Assembly (NCBI GenBank): GCA_964016885.1
Contig: OZ024740.1
Span: 163,122,001-163,186,000, forward strand
From: Eledone cirrhosa
Lineage: Eukaryota
DNA length: 64,000 bases
Direction of reading: 5' to 3'
Made by a program: the position numbers and the translations under genes. Under the pieces are notes generated by a model. It was given only the letters and a program-made list of their open reading frames with translations. It ran no database searches and was not told where the DNA came from. Below, in pieces: positions 1 through 17,864 of the stretch (positions are counted from its first letter, which is position 1; each line of letters opens with the position of its first letter).

Positions 1-3000
1 CGTAAATAGAGTGAACGACAGAATAATTAAAATAAGACTTGTCCTCAATAGAACTACGGTGACAGTAATATCTGCGTACGCACCCCAATCCGGACTGCCC
101 GGCACTATAAAAGACAGATTCTATGAGACACTGTTGCTAACTACCTCCCAAATATCTGACAGTGACTATATAATTATTGCAGGCGACCTAAATGGTCACG
201 TTGGACAACATTGTGACGGCTATGACGAAATCCATGGAGGCTATGGGTTTGGTACTAGAAATGAGGAAGGCTCCAGAATTCTGGAATACTGTGATGCAAA
301 TAACCTAACTATCTGTAACACTAACTTCAAAAAACGTGACAATCACCTGATTACCTATAGATCCGGGGAACACACAAGCCAGGTAGATTATATCCTTACC
401 AGAAGACGTGACAGAGTGTCTGTTGTAAACACTAAATCCCTCCCCCATGAAGAATGCACCTCCCAACATAGACTGATAATTAGCGACCTCATAGTCAGGA
501 CGAGACGCACCCGACAGCAGAAGAGGACTATCCTCAGGAGGAAAATATGGAAACTAAAGGACCCCACAGCCAGAAATAAATTTCAAAGCATATTACTTGA
601 TGCTTTCGACAGTAAGGAAGAGCATCTAGAATCGGACAATATAGAGGGACAGTGGAAATTCCTGAAAGCAAACCTGCTGTTGGCGACAGACGAAGTCTGT
701 GGCTGGAGCAGGCCTGTAGGCAGGAGGAGAGTAACATGGTGGTGGAACAATAGGGTGGAGGGGTCAATTAAGGCCAAAAAGCAGGCTTGGAAAGTATGGC
801 GGGATGGGGGAAGTAGAGTAGACTATCAAGTGGCCAGGAGGGAAGCTAGGAGAGAAGTGTACTTAGCAAGAAGGGAAGCTGAGGAAAGAAAGTTCAAGCA
901 TGTTCTACAACGCGATGACCAAAAACGTGAGGTGTTCAGGATTGCCAGGCAATGCGTCAAGGAAAACCGTGATATTGTCGGGGAGAAGTGTGTACTTAAC
1001 GATGATGGCATACTTGCCATCACCGACACTGATAAGAAGGTAGCTTGGAAGTGTCACTATGAAAGGCTACTAAATGAGGAGAATAAATGGGAGAAAGACA
1101 GTCTCCCCCTTATCGACCCGATAGAGGGACCAGCAGTGTTAGTCGAGGGGAGTATAATAAGTAAGGCAATCAAGGATATGAAGACTGGTAAGGCGGCTGG
1201 GCCTTCGGAAATAGTTGCTGAGATGCTGAAGGCATCTGGCACGGTGGGACACACCATGGTCACCCGCATAGTTAACCAAGTCGTACAGAATGGGGTTGTT
1301 CCGAAGGACTGGCATAGCAGCATCATCGTTAACTGTTATAAGGGTAAAGGAGACGCCCTAGATAGGAGTAACTATAGAGGCATTAAATTAATCGACCAGG
1401 TCATGAAGGTCACGGAAAAAGTAATAGCGCAACTAATCAGAGAGAGAATTGATCTAGATGAAATGCAGTTCGGGTTTGTGTCAGGCAAAAGCACCACAGA
1501 CGCTCTTTTCATAGTACGACAACTACAGGAGAAGCACCTAGCTAAAGGTAAACCCCTCTACTTAGCTTTTGTCGACCTGGAGAAAGCCTTCGACAGAGTC
1601 CCCCGCTCCATTATCTGGTGGGCTCTTAGAAAACTAGGCGTTGACGAATGGCTTGTGAGGGCTATACAAGCCATGTATAAAGAAACAGTCAGCAAGGTTA
1701 GAATTAACAACGAATATAGTGAAGAGTTTAGCGTAAAAGTTGGCGTCCATCAGGGCTCTGTTCTCAGCCCCCTACTATTTATTATTGCCCTTCAGGCTAT
1801 AACAGAGGAGTTCAAGACAGGCTGCCCATGGGAACTCCTATACGCAGACGACCTGACACTCATAGCGGAATCAATGGCCGAGCTAGAGAAGAAATTCCAA
1901 ACATGGAAGCACGGCCTAGAGTCAAAAGGACTTAAAATTAACCTGGCTAAGACCAAAGTTCTAGTTTGTAGGAAAGAAAACAAGGCGGCGGTCCCTTCTG
2001 GGAAATGGTCGTGCTCGGTATGTAGGAAAGGCGTAGGTAGAAACTCCATCTTATGTCCTAAATGCAAAGTATGGGTGCATAAAAGATGTAGTGGGATCAC
2101 AGGTAAGCTAACTAAGAACATAGACTTTACATGTGGCCGGTGTTCTGGTGCAATAAGTAGCAGCAAGTGCCCACAAAATACTAGCTCTTTCAATTGCGCA
2201 GAGGGTTCTATAGAAATAGTGGACAGCTTCCGTTACCTGGGCGATAAAATCAGCAGTGGGGGAGGGTGCTCTGAAAGCACTGTAGCTAGAGTCAGAACTG
2301 GTTGGAAAAAGTTCAGAGAGCTTATACCACTATTAGCTGCTAAAGGGTTCTCCCTAAAAATGAAAGGCAGGTTGTACGATGCCTGCATACGAACAGCAAT
2401 GTTGCATGGTAGTGAGACCTGGGCATTGTGTGCAGAGGATATACGCAGACTAGAGAGGAACGAAGCTTGCATGCTCCGCTGGATGTGTAACAGTAATATA
2501 CGTGAACGGCAAAGCATAAACGAACTAAGGAAAAAATTAGAGATAAGAGGGATCAGATGTTGTTTACTCGAGAGAAGGCTGCGTTGGTATGGACACGTGA
2601 TGCGCATGAAAGTCGATAGCTGTATTACAAAGTGCAGGGCAATAAAGATAGACGGTAGCCACGGAATAGGCAGACCTAGAAAAACATGGGATGAGCTGAT
2701 AAACTCCGACCTCACACACTTACACCTCTCCAAGACAATGTCACTGGACCGTGACCTTTGGCGGTACTCAGTAACAGAGAAGACCCGCCTTGCCAGTAGG
2801 CATCTCTAACAAAATACACCCCTCCCGCGCCACCCCCACCCCATCCACACCACCCCGTTCTATGTAAAGTCATGTTGGTGCCGCGCCATCCAGGCCGAAA
2901 CAAATGAGATCGTGTAGGTGTCACGACAAAAAAACACACAGTCCACGCTGTAATGTGGCCGTGTAGGCAACACGGTAAAAACCTCCCAGACCCACACTGT

Positions 3001-3162
3001 AAATGTGGTTGGTGTTAGGAAGGGCATCCAACTGTAGAAAACCTGCCAGACAGTCCTATGCGAGCAAGACAATCACTCTTGCCTCAAGTGGGACTACCCC
3101 CGTCCAAACCCATGCAAGCGTGGAACACGGACGTTAAACGTTGATGATGATGATGATGATGA
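1..3162 (+). mobile_element. RTE LINE copy 1, including ~340-bp 3' UTR and (GAT)n tail
   Basis: ORF followed by a 3' UTR ending ...ggacgttaaacgtt(gat)n that runs directly into (TA)n; the same UTR occurs at 3595, 32777 and 47800. Confidence 0.93.
11..2809 (+). CDS. RTE-clade non-LTR retrotransposon ORF (C-terminal part of APE endonuclease, reverse transcriptase, PHD-like Cys/His finger, C-terminal RTE motif); probably continues 5' of the window
   Basis: Uninterrupted 932-aa frame: SAYAPQ, IAGDLNGHVG, SQVDYIL, SQHRL (APE); NYRGIKL, QFGF, AFVDLEKAFDRV, GVHQGSVLSPLLF, LYADD, FRYLG (RT); GSETW, RRLRWYGHVMRM, GRPRKTW (RTE C-terminus). Confidence 0.95.
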   Translation: MNDRIIKIRLVLNRTTVTVISAYAPQSGLPGTIKDRFYETLLLTTSQISDSDYIIIAGDLNGHVGQHCDGYDEIHGGYGFGTRNEEGSRILEYCDANNLTICNTNFKKRDNHLITYRSGEHTSQVDYILTRRRDRVSVVNTKSLPHEECTSQHRLIISDLIVRTRRTRQQKRTILRRKIWKLKDPTARNKFQSILLDAFDSKEEHLESDNIEGQWKFLKANLLLATDEVCGWSRPVGRRRVTWWWNNRVEGSIKAKKQAWKVWRDGGSRVDYQVARREARREVYLARREAEERKFKHVLQRDDQKREVFRIARQCVKENRDIVGEKCVLNDDGILAITDTDKKVAWKCHYERLLNEENKWEKDSLPLIDPIEGPAVLVEGSIISKAIKDMKTGKAAGPSEIVAEMLKASGTVGHTMVTRIVNQVVQNGVVPKDWHSSIIVNCYKGKGDALDRSNYRGIKLIDQVMKVTEKVIAQLIRERIDLDEMQFGFVSGKSTTDALFIVRQLQEKHLAKGKPLYLAFVDLEKAFDRVPRSIIWWALRKLGVDEWLVRAIQAMYKETVSKVRINNEYSEEFSVKVGVHQGSVLSPLLFIIALQAITEEFKTGCPWELLYADDLTLIAESMAELEKKFQTWKHGLESKGLKINLAKTKVLVCRKENKAAVPSGKWSCSVCRKGVGRNSILCPKCKVWVHKRCSGITGKLTKNIDFTCGRCSGAISSSKCPQNTSSFNCAEGSIEIVDSFRYLGDKISSGGGCSESTVARVRTGWKKFRELIPLLAAKGFSLKMKGRLYDACIRTAMLHGSETWALCAEDIRRLERNEACMLRWMCNSNIRERQSINELRKKLEIRGIRCCLLERRLRWYGHVMRMKVDSCITKCRAIKIDGSHGIGRPRKTWDELINSDLTHLHLSKTMSLDRDLWRYSVTEKTRLASRHL

Positions 3163-3594
<432 letters not shown>

Positions 3595-4462
3595 CATCAT
3601 CATCAACGTTTAACGTCCGTGTTCCACGCTTGCATGGGTTTGGACGGGGGTTTTCCCCCTTGAGGCAAGAGTGATTGTCTTGCTCGCATAGGACTGTCTG
3701 GCAGGTTTTCTACAGTTGGATGCCCTTCCTAACACCAACCAAATTTACAGTGTGGGTCTGGGAGGTTTTTACCGTGTTGCCTACACGGCCACATTACAGC
3801 GTGGACTGTGTGTTTTTTTGTCGTGACACCTACACGATCTCATTTGTTTCGGCCTGGATGGTGTGGCACCAACATAACTTTACATAGAAGGGGGCGGTGT
3901 GGATGGGGTGTATTTTGTTAGAGATGCCTACTGACTGTAGTAGGTTTTACTTCGTATTTAGGTAAGGCGGGTCTTCTCTATTACTGAGTACCGCCAAAGG
4001 TCTCGGTCCAGTGACATTGTCTTGGTGAGGTGTAAGTGTGTTCGGTCGGAGTTTATCAGCTCGTCCCAGGTTTTTCTGGGTCTGCCTATTCCGTGGCTAC
4101 CGTCTATCTTTGTTATACAGCTATCGTCCTTCATGCGCATCACGTGACCATACCAACGTAGCCTTCTCTCTAGTAAACAACATCTGATCCCTCTTATTTC
4201 TAATTTTTTCCTTAGTTCGTTTATGCTTTGTCGTTCACGTATATTACTATTACACATCCAGCGGAGCATGCAAGCTTCGTTTTTCTCTAGTCTGTGTATA
4301 TCCTCTGCACACAATGCCCAGGTCTCACTGCCATGCAACATTGCTGTTCGTATGCAGGCATCGTACAACCTGCCTTTCATTTTTAGGGAGAACCCTTTAG
4401 CGGCTAATAGTGGTATAAGCTCTCTGAACTTTTTCCACCCAGTTCTGACTCTAGCTACTGTA
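3595..4462 (-). mobile_element. 5'-truncated RTE copy, tail-to-tail with copy 1
   Basis: Reverse-complement 3' UTR from 3595, then ORF end [15 protein letters not shown]...DRDLWRYSVIEKTRLT, near-identical to copy 1. Confidence 0.93.
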
Positions 4463-4887
4463 CGTATATATATATACATATATATATATACATATATTGT
4501 TATACTTTGGGAGGGTCATGTTGCCAATAAGAAACACACGCACCAGTTGCTTTCACTTCAATTTATTATATATTTATAAATTCATAAATTTACAAATCTA
4601 CAAACCTATAAATTATAAATTTCTGGTTGACCAACCAGAAATTTATAATTTATAGGTTTATAGGTTTGTAGATTTGTAAATTTATGAATTTATAAATATA
4701 TAATAAATTGAAGTGAAAGCAACTGGTGCGTGTGTTTCTTATTGGCAACATGATCCTCCCAAAGTATAACAATATATGTATATATATATATGTATATATA
4801 TATACGTACAGTAGCTAGAGTCAGAACTGGGTGGAAAAAGTTCAGAGAGCTTATACCACTATTAGCCGCTAAAGGGTTCTCCCTAAA
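4382..4887. repeat. ~500-bp near-perfect palindrome (RTE fragment + TA tract + pLTR-like stub, mirrored)
   Basis: Centre ttctggttg-ac-caaccagaa (4621-4640); the arms differ by one substitution and an 8-bp duplication in the right arm. Confidence 0.93.
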
Positions 4888-4946
4888 TATCGGTTTCAAC
4901 ACACGATTTCAGATAAAGAATATTGCTAAACAAATTCAGAAACGAA

Positions 4947-6035
<1,089 letters not shown>

Positions 6036-6186
6036 GTACGTTATTCCGGGTTGAATCGGAGGTAACCACAGTAAGTAAGGTACTCAATACATAGCAGAGT
6101 ATAACAGTTTTAATATAGATGAGATTCTACAGGACTAGAACTGTTTCATTAGTTCTAGTCCTGTAGAATCTCATCTATATTAAAAC

Positions 6187-6187
<1 letters not shown>
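6036..6187 (-). mobile_element. Penelope-like pseudo-LTR 3' stub with 37-bp inverted arm
   Basis: Perfect inverted arms 6106-6142 / 6151-6187 around gtttcatt. Minus strand reads aatGAAACagttctagtcctgtagaa...tactct...atgtattgagta...actgtggt, matching 54123-54243. Confidence 0.65.
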
Positions 6188-8611
<2,424 letters not shown>

Positions 8612-9170
8612 ATAAAATATTAAACAAATAATGAATAAACAATTCCTTATATTAAACAAAAAAAGTTCATTATTTAACGATCGTTTCTAGGATATATATG
8701 TGTTAGAGTTGGCATGCATATTCAACAGATCTATGTACAAAATTATACAAAATTATACAAACTATCAAGATTAAATATACATACCAACACATATATACGC
8801 CGTCTTCAGAAATAATATACATATATATATATACATTATTTCTGAAGACGGCGTATATATGTGTTGGTATGTATATTTAATCTTGATAGTTTGTATAATT
8901 TTGTATAATTTTGTACATAGATCTGTTGAATATGCATGCCAACTCTAACACATATATATCCTAGAAACGATCGTTAAATAATGAACTTTTTTTGTTTAAT
9001 ATAAGGAATTGTTTATTCATTATTTGTTTAATATTTTATCTTGACTCTGTATACCGTTTATCTTTCACCGAAAGTGATTTTTCATTACATCTCTTCTTTC
9101 CATGATATCCGGAATACATTGAGTTCTTCATACGGATTGGACACTACCGTAAACTCTTGGTAGATTTATC
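8612..9170 (+). mobile_element. Penelope-like pLTR remnant: 205-bp perfect inverted repeat plus 130-bp unique tail, embedded in (TA)n
   Basis: Arms 8612-8816 and 8835-9039 are reverse complements with an 18-bp TA-like spacer; each arm holds an HHR core. Confidence 0.8.
8834..8983 (+). ncRNA. Type I hammerhead ribozyme-like motif with greatly extended stem II (mirror copy on the minus strand in 8668-8816)
   Basis: Stem I CATTATTT/AAATAATG (8 bp), core CTGAAGA (8842), ~115-nt stem II hairpin, GAAAC (8964), palindromic stem III ACGATCGT, predicted cleavage after GUU at 8975. Confidence 0.75.
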
Positions 9171-11258
<2,088 letters not shown>

Positions 11259-11881
11259 GGTGGCTGCCAACTCGTTTTCGAGTACGGCCACTACTTTACA
11301 TCCATGTAGGATAACCCCTACCGAAGCGCTGAACGAGTGTGACTTTTTAGTCCAGCCAGCGACTTGAAACCTCTGGTACAAACACTACACCTGTGACAAC
11401 CATTGACACATAGTGCTAGGCCCATGGTAGGACAACCATTGACACATAGTGCTGGGCCCATGTGAGGACAAGTGCAGAGAGATCTCCAGATATAAAGCAA
11501 TGCCTGTGCCGTGAAGCTTTTATAGTGAGCAAAGGCACTGCACAAAGCCAGTCCCACTCTCTTAACCAAGATGCTATTTACCAAAAAGAAGAACAAGTCA
11601 ACATCATTGGATACCATCAGGGTTGCAGGTGTTATATCAGAGTTTTCCTTCTCCTAGAATTCTGCCTTGACTAAGGCTAAAGGGGTCATCTCTCCCGGTG
11701 ATTTTGGATGGCCATTGACTCTTAAGAGCTCCTTTGCCCTTTGACAGGTTTTGTTTTTAGTCCTGCAGGATGTCCAAAGTCACCCTCCTCACCAAGAAAC
11801 CTTGGTGGGGTTGCCAGTTTAGTCGCCAACGACCCGACCATGAGACAGGTTGTACTGGGATACATGTTACCAGTAGCACCA
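11259..11881 (-). mobile_element. Short internally deleted RTE-group element (5' UTR-like part joined to ORF C-terminus with a C2H2-like finger and 3' UTR)
   Basis: Minus frame ...WRSLC...[22 protein letters not shown] resembles RTE C-terminal zinc fingers; ctaggagaaggaaaactctga resembles RTE 5' UTR motifs (from memory); flanked on both sides by (TA)n. Confidence 0.55.
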
Positions 11882-13020
<1,139 letters not shown>

Positions 13021-13461
13021 GTGGGGAGACCCAATAAGACCTGGGATGAGGTGATAAAAGCCAACCTTACCCAATTACACCTCTCAAAGGCGATGACACA
13101 CGACCGTGACCTCTGGCATCACGCGGTAATACAGAGTACCCGACCTCCCATGGGTACAAGCTGAAGCATATAGACAATATGTCCCCACACCCTCCCACTG
13201 CAAGGTGGTCGTGGAGGTGCCACAGCAAAAAAGCACCCAGTCCACTCTGTAAAGTGGACGTGTAGGCGCCACGGCAAAAAAGCACCCAGCACTCACTGTA
13301 AATGAGGTTGGTGTTAGGAAGGGCATCCGGCTGTAGAAATCAAGCCAAATCAGTTCCTGTATGAGCAAGGCATGGTCAGTCAACCAGACACTGCCCACAA
13401 CAAGACAACCCGTCTAACCCATGCTAGCATGGAAGAACGGACGTAAAACGGTGATGATGAT
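13021..13461 (+). mobile_element. 3' fragment of a related RTE subfamily
   Basis: [35 protein letters not shown] followed by a UTR with ggttggtgttaggaagggcatcc and a ggacgtaaaacggtgatgatga tail. Confidence 0.85.
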
Positions 13462-13476
13462 ATATATACATACGTA

Positions 13477-13814
13477 TCATCATCATCATCATTTTACGTC
13501 CACTTTTCCCTGCTTGCAAGGGTGGGACGGGAACTGATTCTGGCTTGATTTCTACAGCTGGATGCCCTTCCTAACACCAACCTCATTTACAGTGAGTGCT
13601 GGGTGCTTTTTTGCCGTGGCACCTCCACGACCACTTTGCATTGGAATGATATGTACCCCAGTCCCTATCATCTCATTTCTACAGCTGAGTAAACTGGAGC
13701 AATGTGAAATAAAGTGTCTTGCTCAAGGAAACAACACATCACCCGGTCTGAGAATTGAACTCACAACCTATCGATTGCAAGGCCAATGCTCTAACCACTA
13801 AGCCATGTGCTTCC
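13477..13814 (-). mobile_element. SINE family B (tRNA-like head, CORE-like centre, RTE-derived 3' end)
   Basis: Reverse complement of 17865-18193; A-box-like tggcttagtggttaga, B-box-like gagttcaattc, ccttgagcaagacactt, (GAT)n tail. Confidence 0.85.
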
Positions 13815-13895
13815 ATATATATATATATATATATACATATATGTCATCATCATCATTATTTTACGTCCGCTTTTCCCTGCTTGCAAGGGTGGGAC

Positions 13896-14001
<106 letters not shown>

Positions 14002-15085
14002 TTATGTATGTATGTATATATATATATATAGAGAGAGAGAGAGGTGGGGAGAGAGAGATGATGCATGTAGAGAGAGAGAGACAGATGGTACATATACATG
14101 CATATGAATACGTTTAGACAAGGGACATTTACGAGACAGGTTGACAACAGATGAAAGTATTTAGTCAATGTAAGCCAACAAAACAATAGCGTTCAGCAGA
14201 CATGTAATATGAATGGATTAAGCATACTAAATTGAAATATTCACATGAAATGGTTAGCAGAGGGTGTATAAATTAGAATTATACTAGCAAACAATTTAGC
14301 AAATATGAATAAACATTAGAAGATAGGATCTCACAGGTTGGATGAATCAGGATTGACACAATGTAATATATAAATGTCTGAATAGAAAAGCAGACAAATT
14401 TTTAGACTGATCATGATGACAATAGCTCCTATAAAGATGGTGGTGGTGAGGGGGCTGTTTCTTCTTCGTGTTTAGCCCTAGGCCAACTCTGAACAAGCAG
14501 AGGCATTCTAATGACTGCATTCTCTAATTTGTTCTTCCTTTATTTAAAACAGTAAAATGTTAGTTGAGCAAAGCTTGGCTGCTACTTCTAGCAAGTCGAG
14601 CAACCATGTGGAATTTTTTGTGCTGGCTTACAATGTGAGTGTTTATGGAGGTGGTCATGTCACTTGCTTTATAAGAAGTGATATTATGGACTGAATTTAC
14701 TCTGTTATAGCTAGTCAAAACAAAAATATTGTGCACTAACTAAATGATCATAACTGAGATACAATTTTACTCTTTCACTCCGAGGAACCACTATATTTCC
14801 TACATTTCCTTCTTTTACTGGTTTCTGTCTTTGGACTGTGGCCACCGCCTTCTAATATTTCTAATTGATTATATTGATCGAATAAGTAAATCCTTCTTGG
14901 TGTAAAGTGACATAACTTAATACCCAAATACCACAGGAAATGTTTGTTTGACATACTGATTTACACAGATACACGCACAATGTATGTGTATGTGTGTAAT
15001 AGTCTGTAATACAGTTTACATCTATCAAATTTCACTCACAAGCCATTTATTAACACATGGCTATAGGACAAGCTGGTAAGATGAG

Positions 15086-15497
15086 GCAGAAATATATAAA
15101 GTCAAAGAATGACAAATAAAACAAAACAAAGTAATATATTACCCAGTATACTTCAACATGATATTTCAGAGCTAACCCTCTTTTCAAATGTGAAATGAAA
15201 ATGGTTCAAAACAAAAATGAACGATCAATGTATTCTTCCCTAACTGGTGTAAGTGTTCAGTTAAAGAAAACACATTGATCGTTCATTTTTGATTTGAACT
15301 GTTTTCGTTTCACATTTGAAAAGAGGATAATAGCCCTGAAATATCATGTTGAAATATACTGAGTAAAATATTACTTTGTTTTGTTTTATTTATCATCCTT
15401 TGTACTTTATATATTTCTACTGCATAGTACTGGCTTTCTGAAACTTATCAAACATTTATTACATATCTCACAATGCTTTGTATTAACTATATTACTT
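15086..15497 (+). mobile_element. Older Penelope-like inverted pLTR pair (~160-bp imperfect arms) plus tail abutting (TA)n
   Basis: Arms 15086-15246 / 15258-15420; HHR-like acat-TTGAAAA-gaggataatagccct-GAAATATC-atgt at ~15312-15349; related fragment at 48211-48300. Confidence 0.6.
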
Positions 15498-15502
15498 TAT
15501 AT

Positions 15503-15544
<42 letters not shown>

Positions 15545-16379
15545 TATATATATATAATGCAATGAAAATATCTTGAGGGTTCCGAGGGAGGTGGACAATG
15601 AGATTACACTCTGCAAATTATATTAATGGATAACCTTTGATTCTTTGACTATTGTGTACTAACAAGCATACCCTTTCACAAACAATCAAAAGTTTGGTGG
15701 TACATTATATTGTAAAATGTAGTTTGTAACATAGATAGATGTACTCAATGTTTGGGTCATTAAGCAATAATTGTTCTTACTATTCTGGTTATTGAGTTAG
15801 CATCTGTGTGTGTGTCAAATATTCAAGCTCATGACTAGTGTACATATGTGTACTTATACAGCTTCACATTTGTATGACTAAAGTTTCATTCTTGCCTCTT
15901 CAGTTGTAGATTATAGTATATGTTATATAGACTTAGTATAGAAACCAAATTGTTCTTTAGCCTCAGATTAACCCTGATCAAACAGACTTATGATGAAGGG
16001 CATTCCAGCTATGATGCTCCTGTCTTTTAAATGTATGTAAGATAACATTATCTAATGGGTACCAATGATAGATACATTCACTTTCCCACTATTTTGTCTG
16101 AAGAAGTGAATCCCTCAGATCAAAAGAATATAAACTAGCCTGAGTGTTGGCTAATTGAATCCAACGACCTCAGAATGTTACTGATACTTAAATGAGGTTT
16201 ACAACGCAGAACTGAGAATGATGTGTAGTCTATTATTTACTGCAATGTACAATAACCAAAAAGTCTAGTTATAAATTTAACAATATTAATTTTAAAAAGG
16301 TTTACAAATTCTAACATAATAATGTAAAGGATTTTAGTAAAAGTTTTTAATTAAAAATGAAGGAAGGATCTTTCGAGTA

Positions 16380-16620
16380 ATGTTACTCAATAAGTTGCAT
16401 AGCATGAAGATCAAGGAGTTGCACCAAGTAAAGCCGTTACTTCTCTGCATCCAGAGATCACAGCTGTGAATATGTTGTTAGAATGTTTATGAAAAGAAAA
16501 GCTGGGAAGATTTAATGAGCAAAGTTAACTGGTAAAAGAGCCAAAAGCAGATCAGAAGTAAGATGGTTGGATAACATCAATAAGCTCAGATGGGGAGTTA
16601 GCTGAATCATTTGGAGACAG
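16380..16620 (+). mobile_element. Highly decayed RTE-type LINE 3' fragment
   Basis: One frame reads GKRAKSRSEVRWLDNINK, similar to the G.R.RGR...RW.D motif. Confidence 0.4.
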
Positions 16621-17864
16621 TTGTTTCTGGTAGGAACCACTGGAAGGTGTGTCTGAGAACTCTTCCCTCACGACCCTCTCAGGAATAAATGGACAGAGAA
16701 GGAGGAGAGGGAGGAAAGAATGGCTTCAGACCACAAAATTTGATGAAGGGTAAGTTGATCATATCAAACCCAGTACTTGACTGGTACTTTATTTTATCAA
16801 CCTCAGAAGGATGAAAGGCAAAGTTGACTGGCAGAACAAATATTTATAAGCATTTGTCTGATGCTCTGAAAGAAGGAAAGAATGAAGGAAAACAAATGTC
16901 TGTGTATAAGCAGCAAAGTAAAACAGTATAGATAGTATTGTAAAGAGATTTATAATACAGCTCAATCGTTTTTAGCTTCTTTTTTAACATCTGACACTAC
17001 AGCTTCTTTGTTTAAAAAAAAAAAAATCAGTCAATAATAGTTACTTGTAAAATGAAATAAGAAATAAAGTGATAGAACAATCTCAAGTGGCTTATTGTAT
17101 TTAAGAGATTAGAGCAGGATTCTTTAATGTGTGCTATGTTCATCTAAGTTCAGTGTCTTATTCATTTCTGACTTCAAACTCAAATTAGATCAATTTGATA
17201 CCAAGTCAAAAGTAATCTTTTGTCTACAGGTAGCAAGAAGTGTCAAACTAGATAAATGCTTTACAGTACTTAGTATCATCTTTCTCTGTTCTCAGTTCAA
17301 ATTCTAAAACGGTCAATATTATTATTCATACATTTGTGTGTGTGTGAAAGGGAGTTCCTAAAATAAGTCCCATAATATACTAGGATTGCTTCAATCAACT
17401 CCCCAAACCTAGAATATAGAGAAAATCAATCACTATTTCTATAAAAGCTACAAAATAAAATTGTTAATCTTGTCATTATATAATTAATTAATGATAATAT
17501 TTTTTCTCTTTATGAACGTAATTCTAATTGATTAAACGTTAAATATGTTAGCCCACACTATATGTTTTTCATGCAGAAGGCACCCTGGGACATTTTCCCA
17601 TGTGATTATTTTAAATTGCCTAATTAGTGATATTTTTTTTTCGTTCAAAATCTACTTATCTCAGTCACTCTAAGACCTTGTAAATACGGGTAAGACTATG
17701 CTTTGCTGTAGAGATCTAGTAAGACCAAAATATGTTTGAAGTTATCACCAGTTAAGTGGGGAGTTATCACAAAAATCACTCACGACTTAACTATAAGTTC
17801 TCCATGCAGAACTCATACCCAGGATATTAATGTATATCAAAATATCATTTTAGTTCAGATAAAT

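Noticed and set aside
534-2733. Antisense ORFs over the RTE
   Set aside because: Shadow frames of the LINE ORF; they recur only because the element is repeated.
11760-11881. HDV-like or twister ribozyme at the 5' end of the 620-bp element
   Set aside because: Some parts fit (ccagt/actgg pairing, hairpin followed by CTAA), but I could not build a complete P1/P3 or twister core by eye.
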